Source of the DNA: a virus
Reading direction: 5' to 3' (one strand)
IMG/VR virus record: IMGVR_UViG_3300045988_171772
Coordinates: 32,001 to 96,000 of that record
DNA length: 64,000 nt
The stretch's first letter is position 1. Each line of letters opens with the position of its first letter. A model generated the notes under the pieces. That model did not search any database, had not been told where the DNA came from, and was given only the letters and a program-made list of their open reading frames with translations. Positions 54,667-63,941 of this stretch are shown here, piece after piece. Both the position numbers and the translations under genes were made by a program.

Positions 54667-56724
54667 TTATTTATTGACGTAGATGTCCACGATAGCGGTC
54701 TTGATCAGACGCTTGTGACTCAGCTCAATCGTCAGATGCAGAATACCCTGCTCCTGTTCCGCATCAGTGCTGGAGAAAGTAGCGGTAATGCTACGAACCT
54801 GAGCCTGAGCGTACTTGGTCAGAAGCTGCTCAGCATCACGATTGAAACGAGACAGGTCGGTGGTCTCCAGGAAGTTGTAAGAGTAGTTTCCGCACAGAGT
54901 CTCACAATCACGCTTGATATCCATGAGGATAAACATGTTGTTGCACTCAGACAGAGCACTCAGAATATCCTGACGAGTCGACTGCATCGCACGGATCATG
55001 ACGCTCTTGGGATTGATCTGCGCATAGTTGACACGATAAGTGGCAAGCTGATCCATAATCGCCGAATCGATCGCCTCATCATGGATGGGGAAGATCGAGT
55101 TGGAAACCAGCTCATCCATCTCGATGGTACCATAGGAACCACCAGCCAGAGGAATGTGCTTGCCATTGTTCTGGTCGAAGTTGGTGGGATAAGCACCAGC
55201 CAGCCAGTAGGTAGAAGTAACAGAAACGATCTTGCGAGAGATGGGATCACGGATCTTCATCTCATAGCCATCGACGAAGCAGTTCCGGTTGGCAGTGGCC
55301 GCATCGATATAGGTCAGACGAGTGAGGATATCCTCAGAAGTCTGCATACCAGTGCAGAGGTCAAAACCAGCCAGGCAGTCTCCGCGACGAGTGCACAGAG
55401 AAGCGATGGCATTCTTGATCGTGTAGTCATAGTTGGCATCCAGGATCAGATCCAGAGGATGACGAGTCTTGGAGTAGATGGTCTTATCGACAGAAGCGAC
55501 AAAACCCTTACTCGTATACTCTTCCTTGGTCTCCAGAGGAATCTCATCAGGATCGAAAGCATACATGTAGGCATTGTTGATGGCCTGAGTCACATCGCTG
55601 GCATTGCTGCCATCCGCCTTAACCTCAAACATACCATCGGTGCCACCCTGCATGTCGACACCAGTCAGATCGGTCAGAGCAACCACGTTCTCGGCAGAAC
55701 CAGAAGGCTCAACCTGATAACGATAGATCGCAGAGCGATTCGCCACCGTCACCTTGGTCTGCAGATTCTTGTTGATGCCCAGGAAGTAGTCGAAATTCGA
55801 AGCATCCAGCTTCATGTAGCTCTTCAGCACATTCCACGGATCATCCGAATTATCCTTCAGATTGGACATGCCAATCGAAGCCGCATACTTTTCCAGTTCA
55901 GGATTCGTCAGCTTAGAAAACACGTTGGTGTTATAAGCATTGGCGATTTCCTCGAAACCTTCGGGATTGGTGACGATCTGAATGTTGTCAGAACCAGTAT
56001 CAGGATCATTCACAACGCTGTCGGCAAACAGAGTAGCGGTGTCTGTCAAAGCGTTGTCATAGAAGCTGACCGGGATCTCTTCGATCAGAGTATCACTCTC
56101 GTAGACCTGGATGTAATAGTTCTTGTAGTCGTTCTCTCTATCAGCCCGAGAGTTGTTAGAGATACGAATACCCAGATTGTTACCATAGGCACCACGTCCC
56201 TTGGACGCAATGGCCATCAGGTAAACCATGGTATATCCTTCCGGGGGTTCAGGACGAAGTTCCTCAGCCTTCTGACCAAGGGTTTTGATATCAATCATAC
56301 CCTTCTTGGTCACAATGCTGGGGTCTTCACCATCCAAAACCTTCAGCTCACTGGCGGTGTAAAAACGAACACTCAGAACCTGAGTGCCTTCCACATCCAC
56401 CATCTTGTAAGCTGCGTAAACATACATGTTTGCACGAGTCGCATCGGGAGCGGCAATGCGCAAGCAATTCGCAGTCACAACACCGGTAGACAGAGCCCGA
56501 CGGCAGTTCATGAGAGGCTGACCGTAGCTCTTGATATCACCCATGCCGAATTTGGACACCAATTCATCGACAGTCTTGACGGCAGTCAGCTTTCCATCCT
56601 CGCCTCGGGGAGACTGAAAGATGAAGAGCATCCTGGTACCATCTGAAACACTGGCGCGCTGAACGGTGATTTGACTCTGGTCATAGATGTTTACCTCGGT
56701 ATGAGGAAAAGCATAATATGCCAT
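54667..56724 (-). CDS. contractile tail sheath protein
   Basis: GGAGGT RBS before ATG 56724; about 685 aa; C-terminal YRVNYAQINPKSVMIRAMQSTRQ resembles sheath RVNPI....G.VVWG.RT; GC-rich codons; followed by the tube-sized gene. Confidence 0.65.
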   Translation of the reverse strand: MAYYAFPHTEVNIYDQSQITVQRASVSDGTRMLFIFQSPRGEDGKLTAVKTVDELVSKFGMGDIKSYGQPLMNCRRALSTGVVTANCLRIAAPDATRANMYVYAAYKMVDVEGTQVLSVRFYTASELKVLDGEDPSIVTKKGMIDIKTLGQKAEELRPEPPEGYTMVYLMAIASKGRGAYGNNLGIRISNNSRADRENDYKNYYIQVYESDTLIEEIPVSFYDNALTDTATLFADSVVNDPDTGSDNIQIVTNPEGFEEIANAYNTNVFSKLTNPELEKYAASIGMSNLKDNSDDPWNVLKSYMKLDASNFDYFLGINKNLQTKVTVANRSAIYRYQVEPSGSAENVVALTDLTGVDMQGGTDGMFEVKADGSNASDVTQAINNAYMYAFDPDEIPLETKEEYTSKGFVASVDKTIYSKTRHPLDLILDANYDYTIKNAIASLCTRRGDCLAGFDLCTGMQTSEDILTRLTYIDAATANRNCFVDGYEMKIRDPISRKIVSVTSTYWLAGAYPTNFDQNNGKHIPLAGGSYGTIEMDELVSNSIFPIHDEAIDSAIMDQLATYRVNYAQINPKSVMIRAMQSTRQDILSALSECNNMFILMDIKRDCETLCGNYSYNFLETTDLSRFNRDAEQLLTKYAQAQVRSITATFSSTDAEQEQGILHLTIELSHKRLIKTAIVDIYVNK

Positions 56725-56839
56725 AGTATTAACCTCCATTCTGGAAAGTCGGTACAATAGTAAACGCCTGATAAGGACGTTTGTGTTACCCGATATTAAA
56801 AACTTGTTATCGGAAAGGGCCGGTGGAGGCTTCTACGGA

Positions 56840-57676
56840 TTACATAGAGAGGACCTTTTCCACAGGTGATTTGTTTTGTGTCGTGCCACTTCTTGTCATA
56901 TTGATAGAAGTGGTCAACATTTGGCTCATATCTTCAAAGGTCAATGCATTGAAGACGGATGTGTAAGATGCCACAGTTCGTACATTGGCAAAGACATAGT
57001 CATTTTCACCTGCTTTGCCAACTCCGATCTGTTTCCTAAAGGGGATCGTAGGATCATCTTTGCATCTGGCTTGCTCTGCAATGATAGCCTGAAGGATGAC
57101 CGAAGGAACACCGGGAGCGATTCCATTGATCTGAAAGTTCTTATTCCAAATTTCAAGGATATGGGAGTAGGGGATGGTATTTGGAATCTTCCCTCTCATC
57201 ATCATATTGAGGAATTTCTCACAGTTTCCGGAATCTTTGGGATTGTTGACTGGCATCATAATGGAACCACGGGTATATTGAAGCACGCTGTATTCCTGCT
57301 CTTCAATATCCCCTAAGGTTAATTTCATCTTTACAACATCATCCGGATAGGTCGTAATCGGAGATGGATAGTTAAAGGTCCGAATGGGTACCTTCTCTCT
57401 GATAGAGGGATCATCAGTGGGGAATAACCTCATATTGAAGATACCCACAGTTGTGACAGCACTGCCGTCCATAAAGGCAACTGCAGAATTCAATTGAGAT
57501 TCCTTCTCCACATTCTTGAATAACTCCACAGGGATATAGGCTTCCGCATAGGGAACATTCACCACAATGTTATCTCCGGATACAATAAACTCATTTGCCA
57601 AGTGTTTCTCACCTCGATTCTTACCAAAATGTTTCTGGGATAGATCTATAGCGGTATATCTTTTATTTTTACGCAT
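56840..57676 (-). CDS. hypothetical virion-module protein (278 aa)
   Basis: Long ORF directly upstream of the sheath. Confidence 0.75.
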   Translation of the reverse strand: MRKNKRYTAIDLSQKHFGKNRGEKHLANEFIVSGDNIVVNVPYAEAYIPVELFKNVEKESQLNSAVAFMDGSAVTTVGIFNMRLFPTDDPSIREKVPIRTFNYPSPITTYPDDVVKMKLTLGDIEEQEYSVLQYTRGSIMMPVNNPKDSGNCEKFLNMMMRGKIPNTIPYSHILEIWNKNFQINGIAPGVPSVILQAIIAEQARCKDDPTIPFRKQIGVGKAGENDYVFANVRTVASYTSVFNALTFEDMSQMLTTSINMTRSGTTQNKSPVEKVLSM

Positions 57677-57792
57677 ATCACAATAATACTATTAATGCAA
57701 GGTTTTTGGCATTATTCTTGCAGGTGTCTGTGATTTGTGCAGTAACAAATCGAGATGTTTTCTCCTAAAGAGTGTAAAATTTTCTCCGGGAA

Positions 57793-57838
57793 TTTTAACC
57801 AGATACGAGTTAGGCTTCATGCTCGTATCTGGTTAAAA
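57793..57838 (-). terminator. stem-loop terminator (first of a tandem pair)
   Basis: TTTTAACCAGATACGAG...CTCGTATCTGGTTAAAA. Confidence 0.55.
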
Positions 57839-57863
57839 GCCTCTTAAATTTTTACAAAAAATA

Positions 57864-57909
57864 ATGGGTATATACGAGAGATCCTTTCGAGATTCTCGTA
57901 TATACCCAT
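57864..57909 (-). terminator. stem-loop terminator (second of a tandem pair)
   Basis: ATGGGTATATACGAGA...TCTCGTATATACCCAT. Confidence 0.55.
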
Positions 57910-57917
57910 GTATTCCC

Positions 57918-58460
57918 TTAGCGGAACATATTCTTCCAGAAGTCCTCACTGAACGCGGAAGTGTTTACCTGCTCCGTCTCATCAGACCTGGAACGAAACC
58001 CACTCTCACGGTCCGACCTCCGGCGGTTCTTGACCTCATCGCTCTCAACACTGCGACGGTACATCGAGTCCTTACCAGGATTGTAATTGGGGGCAGGACC
58101 AGCACCAGGAATGAAGGCTTCTTTCGAGTCCTCATACTTGTCGATGCCAGAGCTGTTGGTACCATCCAGACTGAAGACCTGATCCCATGCATCAATGAGA
58201 GAGTTCTTGGTCTCGATATAGTCAAAGTAGACAGCGGTATAGACCTCACCTTTGGAGTTGGCCTTGATTCGGATCATCTTCACACGGCACAAAGCGACAG
58301 TGTGCTGATACTGACGGATCGGATAGACACCATTGATGGTATAGAGAACCATACCAGGCATCGTCACGATCTTACAACCAGTCTCAGGGTCTTCGTTAAG
58401 CTCGTTGAATTTCTGATTCGGAGAGACGGTAATCGATTTACCGATCTTGAATTCTTCCAT
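57918..58460 (-). CDS. hypothetical protein (180 aa), GC-rich codons
   Basis: GGAGGT RBS; clean ORF. Confidence 0.8.
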   Translation of the reverse strand: MEEFKIGKSITVSPNQKFNELNEDPETGCKIVTMPGMVLYTINGVYPIRQYQHTVALCRVKMIRIKANSKGEVYTAVYFDYIETKNSLIDAWDQVFSLDGTNSSGIDKYEDSKEAFIPGAGPAPNYNPGKDSMYRRSVESDEVKNRRRSDRESGFRSRSDETEQVNTSAFSEDFWKNMFR

Positions 58461-58532
58461 AATCGTACCTCCTTAGTGTATTCGAAGAATCTAAGCACTA
58501 TATCTCCTAATGCTTACTAGAATAATATACAC

Positions 58533-59756
58533 TTATTTCTTCTTTTTAGAATCCTTCTGCATCTGGTACATGTACCGCTCATACATCTTCTTGGTAGTAG
58601 AAGAGATGGAGTCTTTATACAGACCCAGAATCTCAGTCAAGGTACGGATCATGGTCTCTTTATCTTTTCCTTCTTCGGTATAGTCATAGGTCTCACCCAT
58701 GATACCAAAGACCATATTCAGAAGTCTGGTGGAATACAGAATCGTATCCGGATTCTTACCAACTTTCACCATGGAAGCCATAAAGACCAAAGCAGTCAGT
58801 CTTCCAATAGCAACTCCATTCTGATCTTTCTCATCCACAGGGACAAGAGAGAAGAGATAGGAATAGAAAGACACAAAGCTTTCTTTGGTAACACCCAAAT
58901 TGATTCTATGAAGACCAACCAAGACATCAGCAAGAGATTTGAGGAAATCCTTACGGACATCCTTTTCGATTCTCTTGATGTGAGCAGTCAAGGTTGCTCT
59001 CTCTTTCCAGAACTTCATCTCGAATCGATCTTCCATAATAGCCAATTTCACATCGGTATTATGGATCTGATCTCGATAGGCCTGGATCTCTCTTCCGGTG
59101 ATGTTGGGTTTCCCCAGAGAATGAATTGCTTCCTTCTTGACTTTCTCAAGATATTCGATGGTCTGTTCATCCCAGAATCTCATCGTCTTCTTGACATTGC
59201 CATAGCGCTCTTCAATCTCATTCTCCACCAGAGAGATCACCAGATCAAACTTCTTCAGATTCTTCTGGAATTCTGCCTCATACTTTTCGGAGTCTTCCAG
59301 ATATTTCATCATATCTTCTTCCGAGTCTTTCATCTGCTCATCTGCTTCAATCGCATTCTTCAGAGCATCTTTCATTTCCTCAGCAGAAGAATAGATGGTC
59401 TTGATATGCTTGACAGCTTCCAGAGTATTCACCATATCGGTGCGATTCTTATTCAGATCCTTCTGAAGCTGTGTCAGCTCAACATAATTCATCTCATGGA
59501 GTTTGCTGACATCAATCAGAGGAGTATCATCATCCTCTTCCTCATCCGTAGAGTCAGTCGGAGTATCCTCCACTTTATCTACAGATTCTTCTTCTGTATC
59601 AACAGTCTCCTGAGAAACTTTTTCTTCCTTAGCATCAACCTTTACAGGAATGATAGGAATATCCTCCACTGTACCAATAGCAGAGTTTACGAGAAGATCT
59701 GCTACCGGAGTTCCTTCAGTGGGAACATTCATCGGAGTATTCGTAGTGTCTGTCAT
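58533..59756 (-). CDS. hypothetical protein with acidic N-terminal region (407 aa)
   Basis: Long ORF; EEESVDKVEDTPTDSTDEEEDDD. Confidence 0.8.
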   Translation of the reverse strand: MTDTTNTPMNVPTEGTPVADLLVNSAIGTVEDIPIIPVKVDAKEEKVSQETVDTEEESVDKVEDTPTDSTDEEEDDDTPLIDVSKLHEMNYVELTQLQKDLNKNRTDMVNTLEAVKHIKTIYSSAEEMKDALKNAIEADEQMKDSEEDMMKYLEDSEKYEAEFQKNLKKFDLVISLVENEIEERYGNVKKTMRFWDEQTIEYLEKVKKEAIHSLGKPNITGREIQAYRDQIHNTDVKLAIMEDRFEMKFWKERATLTAHIKRIEKDVRKDFLKSLADVLVGLHRINLGVTKESFVSFYSYLFSLVPVDEKDQNGVAIGRLTALVFMASMVKVGKNPDTILYSTRLLNMVFGIMGETYDYTEEGKDKETMIRTLTEILGLYKDSISSTTKKMYERYMYQMQKDSKKKK

Positions 59757-59786
59757 ATTGATTTTCCTCCATAGATAATAGAATCT

Positions 59787-60656
59787 TTAACCTTCGTCAT
59801 CCTCGCCAATAACAACAAAGTCAGACGGATTCTGAGTCGTCTCCATCAGATCTTTCTTGCCGTTATTCTCAGATCCAGGGACAGTAAATTCCTTCATCAG
59901 GCGATTTGACAAGTTAAAGCAAAGTACACCCTTCACGGATGTATCCTTCTTGAAAATCGTAGTAATTTGATCCACAAAGGTTACGGCTACCGGAGGTTCA
60001 CCCTCTTCGGAATCCATAAGATCTGCAGATTCATACATTGAATGGATCAGTGCCATATCCACTTCTTCCAGATCTGAATATTCAAACCATTTATCCACGG
60101 TCATATTATCCAGAATCCATGCGCAAATATCATAGATATCGGCGAGAATCACCGCATCTTCGATATTGAAGTTTTTCTTTTTGGAGATCGTAGAAGCATC
60201 TCTCTTATTGCGGTCATCTTCAAACACCTGGAAGATCTCCATCTTATTCTTGATGATGAATCGGAATAAGACATCCTCCATATGGGTAATAAAATTCAAT
60301 ACGAATGTATTGTAGAGGGCTTCTGTAATATCAGGAATATCATTCCGATGAGTCTCTTTCCACTCATCGGAAACTTTGATCGCAAATTTTGTTTCGATGG
60401 CATCCAGGAAGATACCACAGATGGAAAGAAAGCGATCCTGCACTTCGAGCAATACATCAGGATCCTCATTTTCTTCAATGATGCCCTCATATCTGGTTTT
60501 CAACGGAGAGAATTGGTCGACACTTGCGTCACCGACCATATCGAATCTCGGATCCAGGATCTGAGAATCTACAATCAGAGCAATTTCTTCAGTATCAAAG
60601 GTATCCAGAATTTCAGACAATTCCAGATTTTCATTATCAATCTGATATTCTGCCAT
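59787..60656 (-). CDS. hypothetical acidic protein (289 aa)
   Basis: GGAGGA 9 nt before ATG 60656. Confidence 0.8.
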   Translation of the reverse strand: MAEYQIDNENLELSEILDTFDTEEIALIVDSQILDPRFDMVGDASVDQFSPLKTRYEGIIEENEDPDVLLEVQDRFLSICGIFLDAIETKFAIKVSDEWKETHRNDIPDITEALYNTFVLNFITHMEDVLFRFIIKNKMEIFQVFEDDRNKRDASTISKKKNFNIEDAVILADIYDICAWILDNMTVDKWFEYSDLEEVDMALIHSMYESADLMDSEEGEPPVAVTFVDQITTIFKKDTSVKGVLCFNLSNRLMKEFTVPGSENNGKKDLMETTQNPSDFVVIGEDDEG

Positions 60657-60876
60657 TTTGCGGCATCCTCCATTCACGTTGATTTAGGCACTTACCATTT
60701 TGTGTAAATGGAGCTTAAGAAATAATAATTCCATCGTAGAAACCTTAATGTAAGCAGACCCTTGCCTTATCACGATCAGAATCTCTATATACTCTATAGA
60801 GAGAATGAGAATGGTAAGGTCTCCTCATTTATAAAATCACTATAAAGCTATATCCTACAGTAAAGGAGAGAACGAT

Positions 60877-61338
60877 ATGAGAATTCTCGACGTGAATGGT
60901 AACGAAGTCCAGAACCCTGATCTGGACCTTGGTTACCTTACCAACGATCGAATTTTCATTGCTCATCACGAAGCAGTTGAGGCTGTCAAGGAAGTCTACC
61001 ACTATGAGACTGAGCGTGAATACCCCAATGGTGGACGCGATGTCAAGAAGGTTGTGGATGTCCCTGCAGTCGAAGCCAAGGAAGCTTGGGATGAGTATGA
61101 GGACATTCAGCGCTACAAACTGTACACTCCCGAGGAGTATGCAGAGCGTCATAAGTATGACAACATTCCCACTACCGAGACTCGTATTGGCGTTCTGGAA
61201 TCCACCGTTTCGGAGCTGACCAACATGATCGCCATGATGATGGCTACCATGGTTCCTACGGAAAACCCGGTTGCTGGAACCGGTTCGGAAGAGGGTACTC
61301 CTCCGACTACCGAACCCGAAGCCGATGGTACTGTCTGA
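60877..61338 (+). CDS. hypothetical protein, XkdW-like / tail-fibre-associated
   Basis: AAAGGAG RBS; MRILDVNGNEVQNPDLDLGYL...EYPNGGRD pattern recalled from Firmicute prophage tail modules. Confidence 0.35.
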   Translation: MRILDVNGNEVQNPDLDLGYLTNDRIFIAHHEAVEAVKEVYHYETEREYPNGGRDVKKVVDVPAVEAKEAWDEYEDIQRYKLYTPEEYAERHKYDNIPTTETRIGVLESTVSELTNMIAMMMATMVPTENPVAGTGSEEGTPPTTEPEADGTV

Positions 61339-61356
61339 GGAAAGGAGTGCTAAGCT

Positions 61357-61638
61357 ATGAATTGCCCTTCAGGAATCAAGAGCTTCTATGTGAACGCGAT
61401 TTACTATACGAAGTCTATGACCATCGCCTCTGTCCCCGCCATGTGGCGTGATGAAGTCCAGGCTGCAATTGATGAAATCGTTGCTGCGGAGAAAGCTGCT
61501 CTGCAGGAAAAGCTGGACAAGCTGGAAGAGGCTCATCAGAAGCTGGAAGAGGAAGCCAAGGATAAGGAAGAGTCTGAGGAATCTGACACTTCTTCTGCCG
61601 AGGAGACTCCTATTCAGCAGCCTTCTGACGCTGAATAA
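61357..61638 (+). CDS. XkdX-like small protein with coiled-coil, acidic tail
   Basis: AAAGGAG RBS; IKSFYVNAIYYTKSMTIASVPAMWRDEV resembles XkdX-family W..IK.FY..G.YT. Confidence 0.4.
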   Translation: MNCPSGIKSFYVNAIYYTKSMTIASVPAMWRDEVQAAIDEIVAAEKAALQEKLDKLEEAHQKLEEEAKDKEESEESDTSSAEETPIQQPSDAE

Positions 61639-61646
61639 GTTACATT

Positions 61647-61690
61647 AAATCCCATATGGATTTCTTTATCTAAGAATCCATATGGGATTT
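61647..61690. terminator. bidirectional stem-loop
   Basis: AAATCCCATATGGA...TCCATATGGGATTT. Confidence 0.6.
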
Positions 61691-61701
61691 ATATTGTCAT
61701 T

Positions 61702-62466
61702 TTAGATAGAGATGTCATCACCGATCTTGAAAGAAGTCGGAGATCCCTCAGGAAGTTCCTTAGGATTCTCAATAGCTTCTTCCAAAACTTTCTTTCTGAC
61801 TCCCCATTCTTCCGGTACACTCGGGAACTCAAATCCATCGACATTGAGATAGACAAACTCCGGAGTCAATACATTTGACTGGAATTGTCCACACTTCATA
61901 CTCATGTCTACCTTATACTGAATCAGCTCCTGGACTTTATCCGGAATGTAATCTTCATACTCTTCCACAAATCCGGTATAATCCTGATAGATCTGCTGAA
62001 GAGGAATAAAGATTCTTCCATCATGGACCAGTTTATGCTGAGTAGCACTCAGAGGAATCAGACCTACCTTACCAGCATAATGAAGTTCCATCACTTCATT
62101 GGCAAGCTCATAGGGATTCAGATCTTTCTCAAGAATCTGGTACTTGGCCAAGACTGTCTGGACGATCTGGAAGAGATTGAAAGGTTCGTGATGGATCTCA
62201 ATGGTATATTTCTTACCTTCACCATTCTTGAGTCCTCTCAGAATGGCACACTTATTGAAATCCATATTCTTCTTCAACCAGGAGATATAGTCTTTATACT
62301 CCTGAGAGTGTCTTACAATCATCTCAATCTTCTTGACAAACTTGACCATATCCTTCTCAGTCCGAAAGACATAAGTAGGTCTCTTGGGAAGTTCTTCGAT
62401 GGTGATATTAACAGTACGACGATCTCTATACTTTTTGGCAATATCAGAATCTTTAACCAAAATCAT
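61702..62466 (-). CDS. hypothetical protein (254 aa) with His-rich motifs
   Basis: Clean ORF; TIEIHHEPF and QHKLVHDG; no confident family. Confidence 0.75.
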   Translation of the reverse strand: MILVKDSDIAKKYRDRRTVNITIEELPKRPTYVFRTEKDMVKFVKKIEMIVRHSQEYKDYISWLKKNMDFNKCAILRGLKNGEGKKYTIEIHHEPFNLFQIVQTVLAKYQILEKDLNPYELANEVMELHYAGKVGLIPLSATQHKLVHDGRIFIPLQQIYQDYTGFVEEYEDYIPDKVQELIQYKVDMSMKCGQFQSNVLTPEFVYLNVDGFEFPSVPEEWGVRKKVLEEAIENPKELPEGSPTSFKIGDDISI

Positions 62467-62486
62467 AGAAAAGAGATCTCTCCTTC

Positions 62487-63296
62487 TTATTGGAATCTCC
62501 GAATAATTGCATTTGGATACAAAGGTGCTGGATTGAAATTGGGATCTGTATTCTTAGCAGTCACATAGGTTGTCCATGTCGGGAAAGAACGAATCTGGAC
62601 ATACTTGGAATACTTAGGAAGCCAATAGTGATTCATAGTGAGATCACTAAAGGTCAGAGAGTGATCATAGAATCTAGTGCAATAGGGAAGAAGAACTTTT
62701 CTTCCATCTTTACACCAGACACTCAGTTTGTCATACGTGACCAATGCAGGAAGATAGACGATCTCCTTAGGCATCTTAATGACGATATCGTAATAGAGTT
62801 CTTCCTTAGGAATTTCACCTTTCTCATAGGCTTCTTTATCCACAGGATCACTGATACGATATTCTACAGAAAGATCACTATAGGACTGGGAAATCCAGTT
62901 AGACATCTTCTTGAATCGATTTCTGACGTAGTCATCCGGAATCTGATTCTTATTGAATCTCTCAGGATAATAGACATAGGTGTCAATATTTCGATCTGTC
63001 AGATCTCTCACCAGATTAAAAAGTGTGGATATCGTACGAATGTTGATCTGATTCGCAAAGATATTCACCCTCTGATAGTATGCAATGGTGGCATACTTCA
63101 TACACTCCCGATAGCAATCCGGAGTCTGAATGAAGAGACAGAGCTCATTCGGTTCCTGAGAGTCTGTAAGAGCAAACACAGGAGCTGCACCAGTGGAATC
63201 GGCATCATAGAAATTCTCCAGATATCCAGTCATACCATAGCATGGCATCCTGAAATGAATATTTGGGTTATCATAATGGGGCATGATATTCATCAC
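62487..63296 (-). CDS. hypothetical protein (269 aa)
   Basis: Clean ORF; plus-strand 62490..63320 is its shadow. Confidence 0.8.
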   Translation of the reverse strand: MMNIMPHYDNPNIHFRMPCYGMTGYLENFYDADSTGAAPVFALTDSQEPNELCLFIQTPDCYRECMKYATIAYYQRVNIFANQINIRTISTLFNLVRDLTDRNIDTYVYYPERFNKNQIPDDYVRNRFKKMSNWISQSYSDLSVEYRISDPVDKEAYEKGEIPKEELYYDIVIKMPKEIVYLPALVTYDKLSVWCKDGRKVLLPYCTRFYDHSLTFSDLTMNHYWLPKYSKYVQIRSFPTWTTYVTAKNTDPNFNPAPLYPNAIIRRFQ

Positions 63297-63377
63297 CTCT
63301 CGTTAAAGGCCTGTTTTTGAGGGCAAATACCCTACCTAGAGCTATTTATTAGTCCTAGGTAGGGTATTATAAATCTT

Positions 63378-63941
63378 TTATTGATTCGAGAATTTGACGA
63401 AACCTTTATTCTTCTCGTAATTGGCTTCGACTTCTTGAATGGTAGGTACAGAATCTGACCAAGCTACTTTAGCCGGATACGTATCTTCCGAATCATAGCT
63501 ATCCACTTTCGGAGCCAGCATTACGATAGCTTCCGCATTATTCTCATAAACAGGATTCTTGACATACAGAAGGAGAGTACCATTGGGATACAATTCCAAC
63601 TTTGTAGGTGTGTGAATCCTCTGGAAATCTTCCGAAGTCTGAGGATACTTAAGATTCGCATCTTCATAGTAATCCTCATACTCACGAATCAGCTCTTTCA
63701 GCTTAGCGGTACAAGAAGGAGTCTTCATCCAACCCTTTACCACTTTTCTGAAGTTTGATCTTGCCTTGTCTGTAATGACAGCAAGTTTCTTCAGAAGCTC
63801 AGGGTCATGTTCCTTCTTATCCCGATTTCCATATTGGTATGAAAAATCGACCGGCATCATCTTCCCCATATAGGGAATTTCCATCTTCCCATGGATGGTA
63901 ACCACCCATGTGCCATGAGAGAAATAAGAATTTAGCGTCAT
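63378..63941 (-). CDS. hypothetical protein (187 aa)
   Basis: Clean ORF; its ATG overlaps the upstream stop (ATGA). Confidence 0.75.
   Translation of the reverse strand: MTLNSYFSHGTWVVTIHGKMEIPYMGKMMPVDFSYQYGNRDKKEHDPELLKKLAVITDKARSNFRKVVKGWMKTPSCTAKLKELIREYEDYYEDANLKYPQTSEDFQRIHTPTKLELYPNGTLLLYVKNPVYENNAEAIVMLAPKVDSYDSEDTYPAKVAWSDSVPTIQEVEANYEKNKGFVKFSNQ

Noticed and set aside
54625-56646. Long antisense ORFs in the six-frame track opposite real genes: 54625..56646, 17742..18806, 36047..37162, 29493..30953, 30997..32199, 40880..42352, 47602..49107, 22312..23286, 62490..63320, 45102..46091, and the poly-Ser ORF 6122..6541
   Set aside because: Each lies antisense to a longer ORF that carries recognisable motifs and/or a proper RBS. 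Their products are low-complexity or Leu/Ile/Arg/Ser-rich with no RBS, as is typical of shadow frames.
54667-56757. The 696-aa GC-rich ORF as the major capsid protein
   Set aside because: Its size, the C-terminal RVNY..INP...R..Q.TR sheath-like motif, and the tube-sized gene directly downstream fit a contractile tail sheath better. No capsid-specific evidence is visible.
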